From: Faecalimicrobium dakarense
GTDB lineage: Bacteria > Bacillota > Clostridia > Peptostreptococcales > Peptostreptococcaceae
Assembly: GCF_000499525.1 (NCBI RefSeq)
Contig: NZ_HG529388.1
Location: 40,202 to 64,201 of the forward strand
Reading direction: 5' to 3'
Length of the DNA: 24,000 nt
Positions 1 through 9,018 of the stretch are shown here, piece after piece (within the stretch, counting starts at the first letter, position 1; every line of letters starts with the position of its first letter). The translations under genes and the position numbers were made by a program. The notes beneath the pieces were generated by a model, which saw nothing but the letters and a program-made list of their open reading frames with translations, ran no database searches and was not told where the DNA came from.

Positions 1-1386
1 GACCAAGATTTTATATTATCAAATGAAGTAGCTAAAACCTTATATCATAATAATGCTTCAAAAATGCCTATATTTGATTACCACTGCCACTTGCCAGCAG
101 TTGAGATAGCAGAAGATAAAGAATATGAAAACATAACTCAAATGTGGTTATACCATGATCACTATAAGTGGAGGGCTATGAGAAGTTTTGGCATAGATGA
201 AAGATATATAACTGGTGATGCTAGTGATTTTGAAAAATTCTACGAATTTGCAAAGATGATGCCTTATTTAATAGGAAATCCTATATATCATTGGTCACAT
301 CTAGAACTTAAAAGATACTTCAACATTGAAGAAAATTTAAGTGCAAAGACTGCAAAAGACATTTGGGAAAAATGTAATAATGCTATAGTAGAAAATAATT
401 TAACTGCTAGAAACTTAATACGTATGTCTAATGTAGTTTATATAGGAACTACAGATGATCCAATAGATGATTTAAAGTATCATAAAGAAATTAATGCTGA
501 TGATAGTTTTGAGTGTGAGGTAAGACCTACATTTAGACCAGATAGAGCATTAAAAATACAAAATAAAGATTTCTGTGACTACATAAAGTTATTAGGGAAA
601 ACAGAAAATACGGAAATTAAAGATTATGATAAATTAATAGAAATATTAGAAAAAAGGTTAAATTACTTTGTAGACAATGGTTGCAATATAACAGACCATA
701 GTTTAGAAAGAGTTTATTTTAAACCTACAAACAAAGAGGAAGTTGTAAATATATTTGTTAAAGTTTTAGCTGGAGAAGAAATAAGCATAGAAGAAGCTCA
801 AAAATACACAACATTTACATTAATAGAATTAGGGAAAATGTATAGTGAAAGAAATATGGTAATGCAACTTCATATAGGGGCACTTAGAAATAATAATACT
901 CGAATGTTTAATGCTGTTGGAGCAGATGCAGGATTTGATAGTATTGATGATGGGGAAATCGCTTCCTCTTTATCGAGGTTATTAGATAGTTTAGATGTAG
1001 AAGATAAGCTACCTAAAACTATTCTTTATTGCTTAAATCCAAAAGATAATGAAGTATTAGGAACTATGATTGGAAACTTCCAAGGCGGACAAGTTGCAGG
1101 TAAAATTCAATTTGGATCTGGATGGTGGTTCAATGACCAAAAGGACGGAATGGAAAGACAGCTTATAGCACTTTCACAATTAGGTTTAGTCAGTAAATTT
1201 ATAGGAATGCTTACGGATTCAAGAAGTTTCTTATCATTTACAAGACATGAATATTTCAGAAGAATTCTTTGTAATTACTTAGGAAAGTTAGTTGAAAATG
1301 GTGAATATCCATGTGATTTAGATATATTAGGTGAGATAGTAGAAGATATATGTTACAACAACGCTAAAAAATACTTTGAAAAATAA
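1..1386 (+). CDS. uxaC: Glucuronate (uronate) isomerase, 5' end cut by window edge
   Basis: Frame 1 is open from nt 1 (DQDFILSNEVAKTLYHNNASK precedes the listed Met at 64), so the true start lies upstream of the window. 'PIFDYHCHL' N-terminal motif and the remaining sequence match the UxaC family. Stop TAA at 1384-1386. Confidence 0.9.
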   Translation, partial: DQDFILSNEVAKTLYHNNASKMPIFDYHCHLPAVEIAEDKEYENITQMWLYHDHYKWRAMRSFGIDERYITGDASDFEKFYEFAKMMPYLIGNPIYHWSHLELKRYFNIEENLSAKTAKDIWEKCNNAIVENNLTARNLIRMSNVVYIGTTDDPIDDLKYHKEINADDSFECEVRPTFRPDRALKIQNKDFCDYIKLLGKTENTEIKDYDKLIEILEKRLNYFVDNGCNITDHSLERVYFKPTNKEEVVNIFVKVLAGEEISIEEAQKYTTFTLIELGKMYSERNMVMQLHIGALRNNNTRMFNAVGADAGFDSIDDGEIASSLSRLLDSLDVEDKLPKTILYCLNPKDNEVLGTMIGNFQGGQVAGKIQFGSGWWFNDQKDGMERQLIALSQLGLVSKFIGMLTDSRSFLSFTRHEYFRRILCNYLGKLVENGEYPCDLDILGEIVEDICYNNAKKYFEK

Positions 1387-1405
1387 TCCTAGGGGGAATT
1401 TATAG

Positions 1406-2416
1406 ATGAATAAAAGGATTAAGGCACTTTTACTTGTTGCCATAACTAGCTTATCAGTAGTTGGATGTAGTTCAAGTAAAGAAAATGAAGCAAGAGTTAT
1501 GAGGGTGGCACATAACCAAGGAGAGGAACATCCAATACATTTAGCACTAAAAGAATTTGAGAAAATTGTAGAAGATAAAACTAATAATGAGATAGATATA
1601 CAAGTATACCCAAATGAGTTATTAGGGGGACAGCGTGAGGCCGTAGAACTTACTCAAACAGGAGCTATAGATATAGCTGTTGGAAGTATAAGTTTACTTG
1701 AAAGTTTTAATAAATCATATAGTGTATTCAATCTTCCATACTTATTTAATAGTAAAGAACATTATCATTCTGTAATGAATGACAAAGATATAATGGACAA
1801 TATATATGAGTCGACTAGAGAATCTGGATTTGTTGGTCTTACATGGTTTGATGCAGGTTCAAGAAATATGTACACAACAGATAAGCCTATAATGAAACCA
1901 GAAGATTTAAAAGGGAAGAAAATAAGAGTACAACAAAGTCAAACAAACATAAGAATGATGGAATTATTAGGTGGTTCTGCTACACCAATGAGTTTTGGAG
2001 AAGTGTATACAGCTCTTCAACAAAAGGTTATAGATGGAGCAGAAAATAATGAATTAGCACTTACTAATAATAAGCATGGTGAAGTTGCTAAGCATTATTC
2101 ATACAACCAACACGCAATGATTCCAGATATATTAATAATGAACGCAAAATTATTAGATAGTTTAAGCGAAGAACATAGAACTATAATACTAGATGCAGTT
2201 AATGAGATAAATAAGTTTGAAGTTGATGCATGGGAAGATAAGGTAGCAGAAGCAGTAGAACAATCAAAAGCTATGGGAGTTAAATTCTACTATCCAGAAA
2301 TCGAACCATTTAAAGAAAAAGTTTTACCACTTCATAAAGAAATGACTGAAGATGATGAAGAAGTAAAAACTTTATACAATAAGATACAACAAAAAGCACC
2401 AAAAGAAAGTAAATAA
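1406..2416 (+). CDS. TRAP transporter substrate-binding lipoprotein (DctP family)
   Basis: 336 aa. Signal peptide with lipobox VVGC. DctP-like sequence throughout. SD 'aggggga' upstream of the ATG. Followed directly by DctQ and DctM genes. The uxaC neighbour suggests a hexuronate substrate (inference). Confidence 0.9.
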   Translation: MNKRIKALLLVAITSLSVVGCSSSKENEARVMRVAHNQGEEHPIHLALKEFEKIVEDKTNNEIDIQVYPNELLGGQREAVELTQTGAIDIAVGSISLLESFNKSYSVFNLPYLFNSKEHYHSVMNDKDIMDNIYESTRESGFVGLTWFDAGSRNMYTTDKPIMKPEDLKGKKIRVQQSQTNIRMMELLGGSATPMSFGEVYTALQQKVIDGAENNELALTNNKHGEVAKHYSYNQHAMIPDILIMNAKLLDSLSEEHRTIILDAVNEINKFEVDAWEDKVAEAVEQSKAMGVKFYYPEIEPFKEKVLPLHKEMTEDDEEVKTLYNKIQQKAPKESK

Positions 2417-2438
2417 ATACTAGTAGGGAGGAATTAAG

Positions 2439-2945
2439 ATGGATAATTTAAGAAAAGCATTGAACAAAGTAATAGAAGTCATATGTATGGCACTACTAGC
2501 ATTTATGGTAGTTTTAGGTACTTGGCAGATAATAACTCGTTATGTATTAAATAACCCAAGTACAGTATCAGAAGATTTATTAATATATTCATTTGTATGG
2601 ATGGCTTTACTTGGTTCATCATATGTATTTGGAAAAAAAGACCACATGACTATGGTATTTTTTAGACAAAGATTAGAGGGGAAAAGCCCTAAAGTAAAAA
2701 TGGGATTAGAAATAATGACAGAATTAGTGGTAATGGTATTTTCAGCACTGGTTTTAGTTTTAGGTGGGGTTCAAATAAGTATGCTAGCTATGGGACAAGT
2801 TTCTCCTGCATTAGGTATACCAATGGGATATATTTATCTAGCTCTACCTTTATCAGGGATAATAACGATTATATATAATATTTTAAATTTAGTTGACTTA
2901 AAAAAAGAATCAACATCATCAAAAAAAGTTGTAAATAATAATTAA
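2439..2945 (+). CDS. TRAP transporter small permease (DctQ family)
   Basis: 168 aa with about 4 hydrophobic helices. Sits between DctP and DctM. SD 'gggagg' upstream. Confidence 0.85.
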   Translation: MDNLRKALNKVIEVICMALLAFMVVLGTWQIITRYVLNNPSTVSEDLLIYSFVWMALLGSSYVFGKKDHMTMVFFRQRLEGKSPKVKMGLEIMTELVVMVFSALVLVLGGVQISMLAMGQVSPALGIPMGYIYLALPLSGIITIIYNILNLVDLKKESTSSKKVVNNN

Positions 2946-2963
2946 TCTGAGGGAGAGAAGATT

Positions 2964-4271
2964 ATGGAACTAGCACTTCAAGCAGGTACAGCTATAGCTA
3001 TTGTTTTTCCTATATTACTTTTATTAGGAATACCAATATCTATAACTATAGGAATAGCATCTATATTTGGTATATTAACTACATTATCATGGGATGTAGC
3101 AGTATTAACTGGAGCACAAAGAATATTTACAGGTATAAGTAGTTTCTCATTACTAGCGATACCATTTTTCGTATTAGCTGGAATCATAATGAACAATGGT
3201 GGTATAGCTTTAAAGTTAGTAAACTTTGCAAAAGTATTAAGTGGTAAATTACCGGGATCTCTAGCACATACAAATGTAGTTGGAAATATGTTATTTGGAG
3301 CTGTAAGTGGTTCTTCGGTTGCAGCAGCTGCTGCTATAGGTGGAACAATGTCTCCACTTCAAGAAGCTGAAGGATATAATAAAAATTACAGTGCAGCAGT
3401 AAATATAGCTTCTGCACCAACAGGACTTTTAATTCCTCCAAGTAACTCGCTTATAATATATTCACTAGTAAGTGGTGGAACATCAGTAGCAGCATTATTT
3501 ATGGCAGGTTATATACCGGGTATATTATGGGGATTATCAGTAATGGTAGTTGCTTTTATACTAGCTAAGAAATATAAGTATTCATCAAAATATCAAATAA
3601 GTTTCAAAGAAGCTATGAAAATATTTGTAGATGCTTTACCAAGTTTAGCTTTAATATTTGTAATAATAGGTGGTATAGTAGGTGGGATATTTACAGCTAC
3701 AGAAGGAGCAGCAGTTGCAGTTGTATACTCTTTTATACTATCATTTTTCTTCTACAAATCAATAAAAGTAAAAGATATACCAAGAATATTATTAGAAACA
3801 GTTGAAATGACAGGAATAATAATATTTTTAATAGGAGTATCATCTATAATGTCTTGGGTTATGGCATTTACAAATATACCAAGTGCTATAACTGAAATAT
3901 TATTAGGAATATCTTCAAATCCAGTTGTTATATTATTAATAATGAACTTAATACTATTAATAGTTGGTACATTCATGGATTTAACACCAGCAATATTAAT
4001 ATTTACACCAATATTCTTACCAATAGCTAAAAACTTTGGAATGGATTCTGTGCAATTTGGGATAATGCTTATATTTAACTTATGTATAGGGAATATAACA
4101 CCTCCAGTTGGAAATACATTGTTTATTGGATGTAAAGTAGGTAAAACGAAGATAGAAGATGTAATAAAATACTTATTACCATTTTATGTAGGTATATTGG
4201 TTGTACTTATGTTAGTAACATTTATACCAGAAATAAGTTTATTCATACCTAAACTTATGGGAATGATTTAG
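2964..4271 (+). CDS. TRAP transporter large permease (DctM family)
   Basis: 435 aa polytopic membrane protein with DctM-like sequence. SD 'gagggaga' upstream. Confidence 0.9.
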   Translation: MELALQAGTAIAIVFPILLLLGIPISITIGIASIFGILTTLSWDVAVLTGAQRIFTGISSFSLLAIPFFVLAGIIMNNGGIALKLVNFAKVLSGKLPGSLAHTNVVGNMLFGAVSGSSVAAAAAIGGTMSPLQEAEGYNKNYSAAVNIASAPTGLLIPPSNSLIIYSLVSGGTSVAALFMAGYIPGILWGLSVMVVAFILAKKYKYSSKYQISFKEAMKIFVDALPSLALIFVIIGGIVGGIFTATEGAAVAVVYSFILSFFFYKSIKVKDIPRILLETVEMTGIIIFLIGVSSIMSWVMAFTNIPSAITEILLGISSNPVVILLIMNLILLIVGTFMDLTPAILIFTPIFLPIAKNFGMDSVQFGIMLIFNLCIGNITPPVGNTLFIGCKVGKTKIEDVIKYLLPFYVGILVVLMLVTFIPEISLFIPKLMGMI

Positions 4272-4367
4272 ACCCTTTTTAGATCAATTTTACCTTTTTT
4301 AATATTTTGGGGTAAATAAAAAAGTTCTATTTATATATGCAAAATATTAAATTATTAAGTCTATGCT

Positions 4368-4397
4368 AAGTTACTCTTTTTGAGTAACTTTTTTTAT
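4368..4397 (+). terminator. Rho-independent terminator of the uxaC-TRAP operon
   Basis: Perfect 9-bp stem aagttactc (4368-4376) / gagtaactt (4382-4390), 5-nt loop, then a T-run. Confidence 0.75.
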
Positions 4398-4501
4398 TAT
4401 AATTTATAAATGGTGCTATCTTTATGTAGCGCAGGTAAGATGGTAGATAGCCTTTGATAAAGTGTATTTCAAATAATAAATAAAATATACAATAAAAATT
4501 A

Positions 4502-4530
4502 TTGACAAATCTGAATGGTAAATATAAAAT
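4502..4530 (+). promoter_or_regulatory. SigA-type promoter of the siderophore ABC operon
   Basis: TTGACA at 4502-4507, 17-nt spacer, TAAAAT at 4525-4530. Confidence 0.6.
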
Positions 4531-4541
4531 AATATTGAAAT

Positions 4542-4560
4542 GATATTGATAATTATTATC
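4542..4560 (+). promoter_or_regulatory. Fur box
   Basis: GATATTGATAATTATTATC matches 17 of 19 positions of the classical Fur consensus GATAATGATAATCATTATC. It lies just downstream of the -10 and upstream of an iron-siderophore importer. Confidence 0.75.
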
Positions 4561-4622
4561 AATAAAGCAGATAATTAAAAATTTATACAAAAAATACTAA
4601 CATAACAATCAGGAGGATGATT

Positions 4623-5651
4623 ATGAGACTAAAAAAAATAGGTTCTGTTGTTATTGCTTGTGCTTTACTAATAACAGGATGCTCAAGCCCAGCAGGCAAA
4701 GATCAAGATAAATCTAATACAGGACAAAGTAGTTCTACCAGTTATCCAATGACAATTAAACATGCATTTGGAGAAACTGTAATAGAAAAACAACCAGAAA
4801 GGGTTGCTACAATTTCTTGGGGAAATCAAGATACACCTTTAGCATTAGGTGTTGAACCAGTTGGTGTATCTAAGGCTAACTATGGTACAACAGATAAAAA
4901 TGGGTTATTACCTTGGACTGCTGAAAAATATAAGGAATTAGGAGTAGAAAAACCGGCTACTTTTGATGATATAGATGGTTTAGATTATGAAGCTATAAGT
5001 AATTCTAACCCAGATATTATATTAGCTGCATACTCAGGAATTACAAAAGAGGAATATGATTTATTAAGTAAAATTGCTCCTGTTGTAGCATATCCTAAAC
5101 TTCCATGGCAAACATATTGGCGTGACCAAATAACTATAAACTCTACTGCCATAGGTAAAAAGGATGAGGGAGAGAAATTAGTTTCAAACTTAGAAAAATT
5201 AATAAAAGAAAAAACTAGTGACTATTCACAACTTAAAGGTAAAAAGGGAGGATTCTTCTACTTTAACCCAGCTGACTTAGGTAAGTTCTATGTATATCTT
5301 CCAGCGGATCCTCGTGCAGCATATTTAAACGACTTAGGGCTAGAGTTACCTGAAAGTGTTAATAAACTTGCAGAAAGCTCAGATAGTTTTGCTATTGAAA
5401 TTAGTTCAGAAAATATTGATAAATTAAAAGATATAGATGTTATAGTGACTTATGGAAATGATGCATTATTAAAGCAATTACAATCAGATCCTTTATTAGG
5501 AACACTTCCAGCAATAAAAAGAGGTTCAGTTGCTATTATAGAAGATGGTTCAGCACTAGCAGCATCTGGTACACCTAGTGCATTATCTATTTCAGCAACA
5601 ATAGATGAATACTTAAAGACACTTGGAGAGGCAGCAAATAAAGTACAATGA
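4623..5651 (+). CDS. fhuD: Iron-siderophore ABC transporter substrate-binding lipoprotein (FhuD-like)
   Basis: Lipobox ITGC. Periplasmic-binding-protein type 2 sequence. First gene of an SBP-permease-permease-ATPase operon. AGGAGG at 4611-4616 abuts the ATG at 4617, so the ATG at 4623 (6-nt spacer, MRLKKIG...) is the more likely start. Confidence 0.85.
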   Translation: MRLKKIGSVVIACALLITGCSSPAGKDQDKSNTGQSSSTSYPMTIKHAFGETVIEKQPERVATISWGNQDTPLALGVEPVGVSKANYGTTDKNGLLPWTAEKYKELGVEKPATFDDIDGLDYEAISNSNPDIILAAYSGITKEEYDLLSKIAPVVAYPKLPWQTYWRDQITINSTAIGKKDEGEKLVSNLEKLIKEKTSDYSQLKGKKGGFFYFNPADLGKFYVYLPADPRAAYLNDLGLELPESVNKLAESSDSFAIEISSENIDKLKDIDVIVTYGNDALLKQLQSDPLLGTLPAIKRGSVAIIEDGSALAASGTPSALSISATIDEYLKTLGEAANKVQ

Positions 5652-6646
5652 GACTTACAAAAACCATAGGAATATACTTAGTTAGCTTTATTTGTCTAGG
5701 TATATGTGTAATAGCATCATTAGCATTTGGTTCAAAAAATATTGAATTTAGTCAAGTAATAAATGCTTTATTAAATAGTGATAATACGTCTTTTGCTGCA
5801 GTGGTAGTTAGTGAACGTATTCCAAGAACTATTTTTAGTATTATGGCAGGGGCTTCTCTTGGAATATCAGGAGCCCTTATGCAATCTATTACTAGAAATC
5901 CAATAGCTGACCCAAGTATTTTAGGAGTAAATACTGGAGCATCTTTGTTTGTTGTAACTGGAATTGCATTTTTAAATATAAGTACAGCGAATGAATATAT
6001 TTGGTTTGCACTTGCTGGAGCTGGGATAACAGCAATATTTGTTTATGGTATAGCATCTATTGGACCTGGAGGTATGACACCTATAAAACTTGCTTTAGCA
6101 GGTGCAGCCACTAGTGCAGCTTTATCATCACTAGTAAGTGCGGTTATCTTACCAAGAGCAGAAGTTATGGATGCATATAGATTTTGGCAAGTTGGAAGTG
6201 TAAGCGGTGCAACATGGGAAAGCATTAATTTAATATTACCATTTCTTATAGTTGGCTTACTTATAAGTATAATAGCAACACCAGCATTAAATGCTTTAGC
6301 ATTAGGAGATGAGGTTGCAACTGGACTAGGAGTAAATACAGGGATTATTAGAATTATATGTGCAATTGCAGGGGTTATACTATGTGGTGCAACTACTGCA
6401 ATTGCGGGACCTATTGGATTTGTAGGATTAATGATACCTCATAGTATACGTCTTATTTTTGGTTCAAATATGAGAAGTTTAGTCCCTATGTCAGCTGTTG
6501 GAGGAGCAATGCTTTTAACAATTTCAGATGTTATAGGAAGAGTAATTGGAAGTCCAAGTGAACTCGAGGTAGGTATTATTACTGCATTTTTAGGAGCACC
6601 AATTCTTATTATTGTTGCTAGGAAAGCGAAGGTGAGGACTATATGA
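5648..6646 (+). CDS. fhuB: FecCD-family iron-siderophore ABC permease
   Basis: 332 aa polytopic protein with FecCD/BtuC-like sequence. ATGA start/stop overlap with the upstream gene. Confidence 0.85.
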   Translation: MRLTKTIGIYLVSFICLGICVIASLAFGSKNIEFSQVINALLNSDNTSFAAVVVSERIPRTIFSIMAGASLGISGALMQSITRNPIADPSILGVNTGASLFVVTGIAFLNISTANEYIWFALAGAGITAIFVYGIASIGPGGMTPIKLALAGAATSAALSSLVSAVILPRAEVMDAYRFWQVGSVSGATWESINLILPFLIVGLLISIIATPALNALALGDEVATGLGVNTGIIRIICAIAGVILCGATTAIAGPIGFVGLMIPHSIRLIFGSNMRSLVPMSAVGGAMLLTISDVIGRVIGSPSELEVGIITAFLGAPILIIVARKAKVRTI

Positions 6647-7674
6647 TGCAAACTACTCACACTATGATTAAACAAGGATATACTAAAAGGAAAATTCGTA
6701 TGATTAGCGTTACTATTATACTTCTTACTTTAACAGTATGTCTTTGTGGAATGATGCTTTTATATGGCAAGACTAATTATCCATTAAGTACAGTTATGAA
6801 AGTTTTAGGTGGAGAACAAATACAAGGTGCATCATTTACAATAGCTACCCTACGTTTACCAAGGATGCTTAGTGGACTTTTAGTAGGTTTAGCTTTTGGA
6901 ATAGCAGGAAATACATTTCAAACCATGCTTAGAAATCCATTAGCTAGTCCTGATATTATAGGTGTAACTTCAGGTTCTAGTATTGCAGCAGTATTTTGTA
7001 TATTAGTTCTTCGTATGAGTGGAAACAGTGTTTCTATAGCTGCAGTAATTTCTGGGATTATAGTAGCAACACTGATATATCTATTATCTAAAGGTTCAGG
7101 ATTTTCAGGCGGTAGATTAATACTTATAGGAATTGGAATACAAGCAATGATAAATGCACTTATATCATTTTTATTACTTAAGGCATCACAGTATGATGTT
7201 CCAGGTGCACTTAGGTGGTTAAGTGGTAGTTTAAATGGAATGCGTATGGAAGATGTGCCAAGTTTGTTTATAGTTGTAGTTATATTTGGAAGTATTACTT
7301 TATGCTTAACAAAGCATCTTCAAATATTAGAACTAGGGGACGAGTTTGCAACTACACTTGGCGTTAAGATAAATTTAGTCCGGATTTTATTAATTTTAAG
7401 TTCGGTATTTTTAATTGCCTTTGCGACTGCTGTTACAGGACCAATAGCATTTGTTGCATTTTTATCGGGACCAATAGCATCAAGGCTTGTTGGACCAGGA
7501 GCACCAAATGTTTTATCATCGGGTCTAGTTGGAGCATTATTAGTACTTGGAGCAGATATGATTGGCCAGTTTGTATTTAGTACAAGATTTCCTGTGGGTG
7601 TAGTTACGGGAATTTTAGGAGCTCCATATATGCTATTTCTACTAATATGTATAAATAGGAGGGGGCAAGCATAA
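6643..7674 (+). CDS. fhuG: FecCD-family iron-siderophore ABC permease (second subunit)
   Basis: 343 aa paralog of the preceding permease. ATGA overlap with the upstream gene. Confidence 0.85.
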   Translation: MMQTTHTMIKQGYTKRKIRMISVTIILLTLTVCLCGMMLLYGKTNYPLSTVMKVLGGEQIQGASFTIATLRLPRMLSGLLVGLAFGIAGNTFQTMLRNPLASPDIIGVTSGSSIAAVFCILVLRMSGNSVSIAAVISGIIVATLIYLLSKGSGFSGGRLILIGIGIQAMINALISFLLLKASQYDVPGALRWLSGSLNGMRMEDVPSLFIVVVIFGSITLCLTKHLQILELGDEFATTLGVKINLVRILLILSSVFLIAFATAVTGPIAFVAFLSGPIASRLVGPGAPNVLSSGLVGALLVLGADMIGQFVFSTRFPVGVVTGILGAPYMLFLLICINRRGQA

Positions 7675-8480
7675 TGAATAAGAAACAGAACTTATTTGAA
7701 GCAAAAAATATAGTAACAGGATATGATAAAAAGATTATAATTGATGGTATTGATATAACTATTCCAAGTAATAAAATAAGTGTTATTATAGGAGCAAATG
7801 CGTGTGGTAAATCAACTTTACTAAAAATACTTGCTAGACTTATTAAACCTGCTTCGGGAGAAGTTATAATTGATGGTAAAAAAATTACTTCAATGCCTTC
7901 TAAACAACTAGCAAAAACTTTAGGTTTACTTCCTCAATCACCAGTAGTTCCAGAAGGTATAACTGTTTGTGACTTAGTTTCAAGAGGTAGATTTCCATAC
8001 CAATCACTTTTAAAAAATATGGACCAAACTGATTTTGAAGCTGTAGAAGAGGCACTTGAAATAATGGGTATATCAGAGCTTGCTAATCGTAGTGTAGATG
8101 AGCTATCAGGAGGACAACGTCAAAGAGTTTGGATTGCCATGGCACTTGCACAGCAAACAGATATACTTCTTTTAGATGAGCCGACTACTTATCTAGATAT
8201 TACTTATCAAGTAGAGATTCTTGATTTATTAACAGATTTAAATCGTAAAAGAGGAACCACTATTGTAATGGTACTTCATGATATAAATTTATCTGCTAGA
8301 TATGCAGATTATATATTTGCTCTTCGTAAGGGAGAGTTAATTGATCAGGGTAAACCATCTGAGGTTATAACATCAGAATTAATTAATACAGTATTTGGAT
8401 TAGATTGCATGGTTATAAAAGATCCGGTATCGTCTTCACCTTTTATAGTACCAAGGGGAAGACACCATGTTAATACCTAA
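7674..8480 (+). CDS. fhuC: Iron-siderophore ABC transporter ATP-binding protein
   Basis: Walker A GANACGKST, ABC signature LSGGQRQR, Walker B ILLLDEP. TAATG overlap with the permease gene. Confidence 0.9.
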   Translation: MNKKQNLFEAKNIVTGYDKKIIIDGIDITIPSNKISVIIGANACGKSTLLKILARLIKPASGEVIIDGKKITSMPSKQLAKTLGLLPQSPVVPEGITVCDLVSRGRFPYQSLLKNMDQTDFEAVEEALEIMGISELANRSVDELSGGQRQRVWIAMALAQQTDILLLDEPTTYLDITYQVEILDLLTDLNRKRGTTIVMVLHDINLSARYADYIFALRKGELIDQGKPSEVITSELINTVFGLDCMVIKDPVSSSPFIVPRGRHHVNT

Positions 8481-8512
8481 AATCTATTAAATTGAATATA
8501 TATTAAAAAAAA

Positions 8513-8555
8513 CAAGGCTGTAATCTATCATAAAGATTATAGCCTTGATTTTTTA
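8513..8555 (+). terminator. Rho-independent terminator of the fhu-like operon
   Basis: 14-bp stem caaggctgtaatct (8513-8526) / agattatagccttg (8534-8547) with one G-U pair, 7-nt loop, then the T-run attttttat. Confidence 0.8.
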
Positions 8556-8570
8556 TAAAACGTTTAAAAG

Positions 8571-8586
8571 TGTATCATATGATACA
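8571..8586. promoter_or_regulatory. Perfect 16-bp palindrome, candidate operator
   Basis: TGTATCATATGATACA equals its own reverse complement (TGT-N10-ACA type). Located about 70 bp upstream of the activase-like gene start. Confidence 0.35.
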
Positions 8587-8622
8587 GAATTCATAATTAA
8601 ATTAGACTATAATAAATTCATA

Positions 8623-8641
8623 GCAAATAATAATCATTATC
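8623..8641 (+). promoter_or_regulatory. Fur-like box upstream of the activase-like operon
   Basis: GCAAATAATAATCATTATC matches 16 of 19 positions of the Fur consensus. It lies between a TATAAT (8608-8613) and the SD (8645-8652). AT-rich background raises the chance-match risk. Confidence 0.35.
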
Positions 8642-8656
8642 GATAAGAGGTGAGTT

Positions 8657-9010
8657 ATGAATAAATTAGGAATTGACATAGGTTATTCAACATTTAAATA
8701 TATTTATTTAGATAATAAAGACAATATAATTGAAAAAGGATATATATTTCATAAAGGTAATATTGAAAAATATTATAATGAATTAATAAATAAAGTTAAA
8801 TTAGAAAATAAAGACAAAAAGTTAATATTTAGTATAACAGGAAGCCTTGCACAAAGAGTTAATATAGATAAAAAATACTTTATAAACAACAGCATAGCAC
8901 TAGTAGAAGGAGCTACGTATAAAAATCAAAAGGTTAAATCTATTATAGAACTTGGAGCTCAAGAAACTAAATATATTACAAATATAGATAAAAGTAAAAT
9001 ACTAATATAA
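8657..9010 (+). CDS. N-terminal fragment of a BadF/BadG/BcrA/BcrD (HgdC 'activase')-type ATPase domain, interrupted by a frameshift
   Basis: GIDIGYST phosphate-1 motif. ELGAQETKYI is a degenerate form of the GGQD[ST]K motif. The ORF stops at TAA 9008-9010 in mid-domain, and the domain continues in another frame at 9019. Confidence 0.7.
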   Translation: MNKLGIDIGYSTFKYIYLDNKDNIIEKGYIFHKGNIEKYYNELINKVKLENKDKKLIFSITGSLAQRVNIDKKYFINNSIALVEGATYKNQKVKSIIELGAQETKYITNIDKSKILI

Positions 9011-9018
9011 AATTCTTT

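Noticed and set aside
2978-3976. Minus-strand ORFs 2978..3196 and 3752..3976 inside the DctM gene
   Set aside because: They are antisense to a strongly supported membrane-protein gene. Their low-complexity I/N/P-rich translations are typical of the reverse frame of AT-rich hydrophobic genes. No SD or promoter is present.
4366-4590. Minus-strand 74-aa ORF in the TRAP/fhu intergenic region
   Set aside because: The translation is low-complexity (F/Y/I/N-rich) with no SD. The interval is better explained by a terminator (4368-4397), a promoter and a Fur box for the downstream + strand operon.
4617-4622. ATG 4617 as start of the FhuD-like lipoprotein
   Set aside because: The AGGAGG at 4611-4616 abuts it with no spacer. 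The ATG at 4623 has a 6-nt spacer and gives a normal signal peptide, MRLKKIG...
6043-6675. Minus-strand ORFs 6043..6225 and 6439..6675 inside the FecCD permease genes
   Set aside because: They are antisense shadows of well-supported permease genes, with no translation signals.
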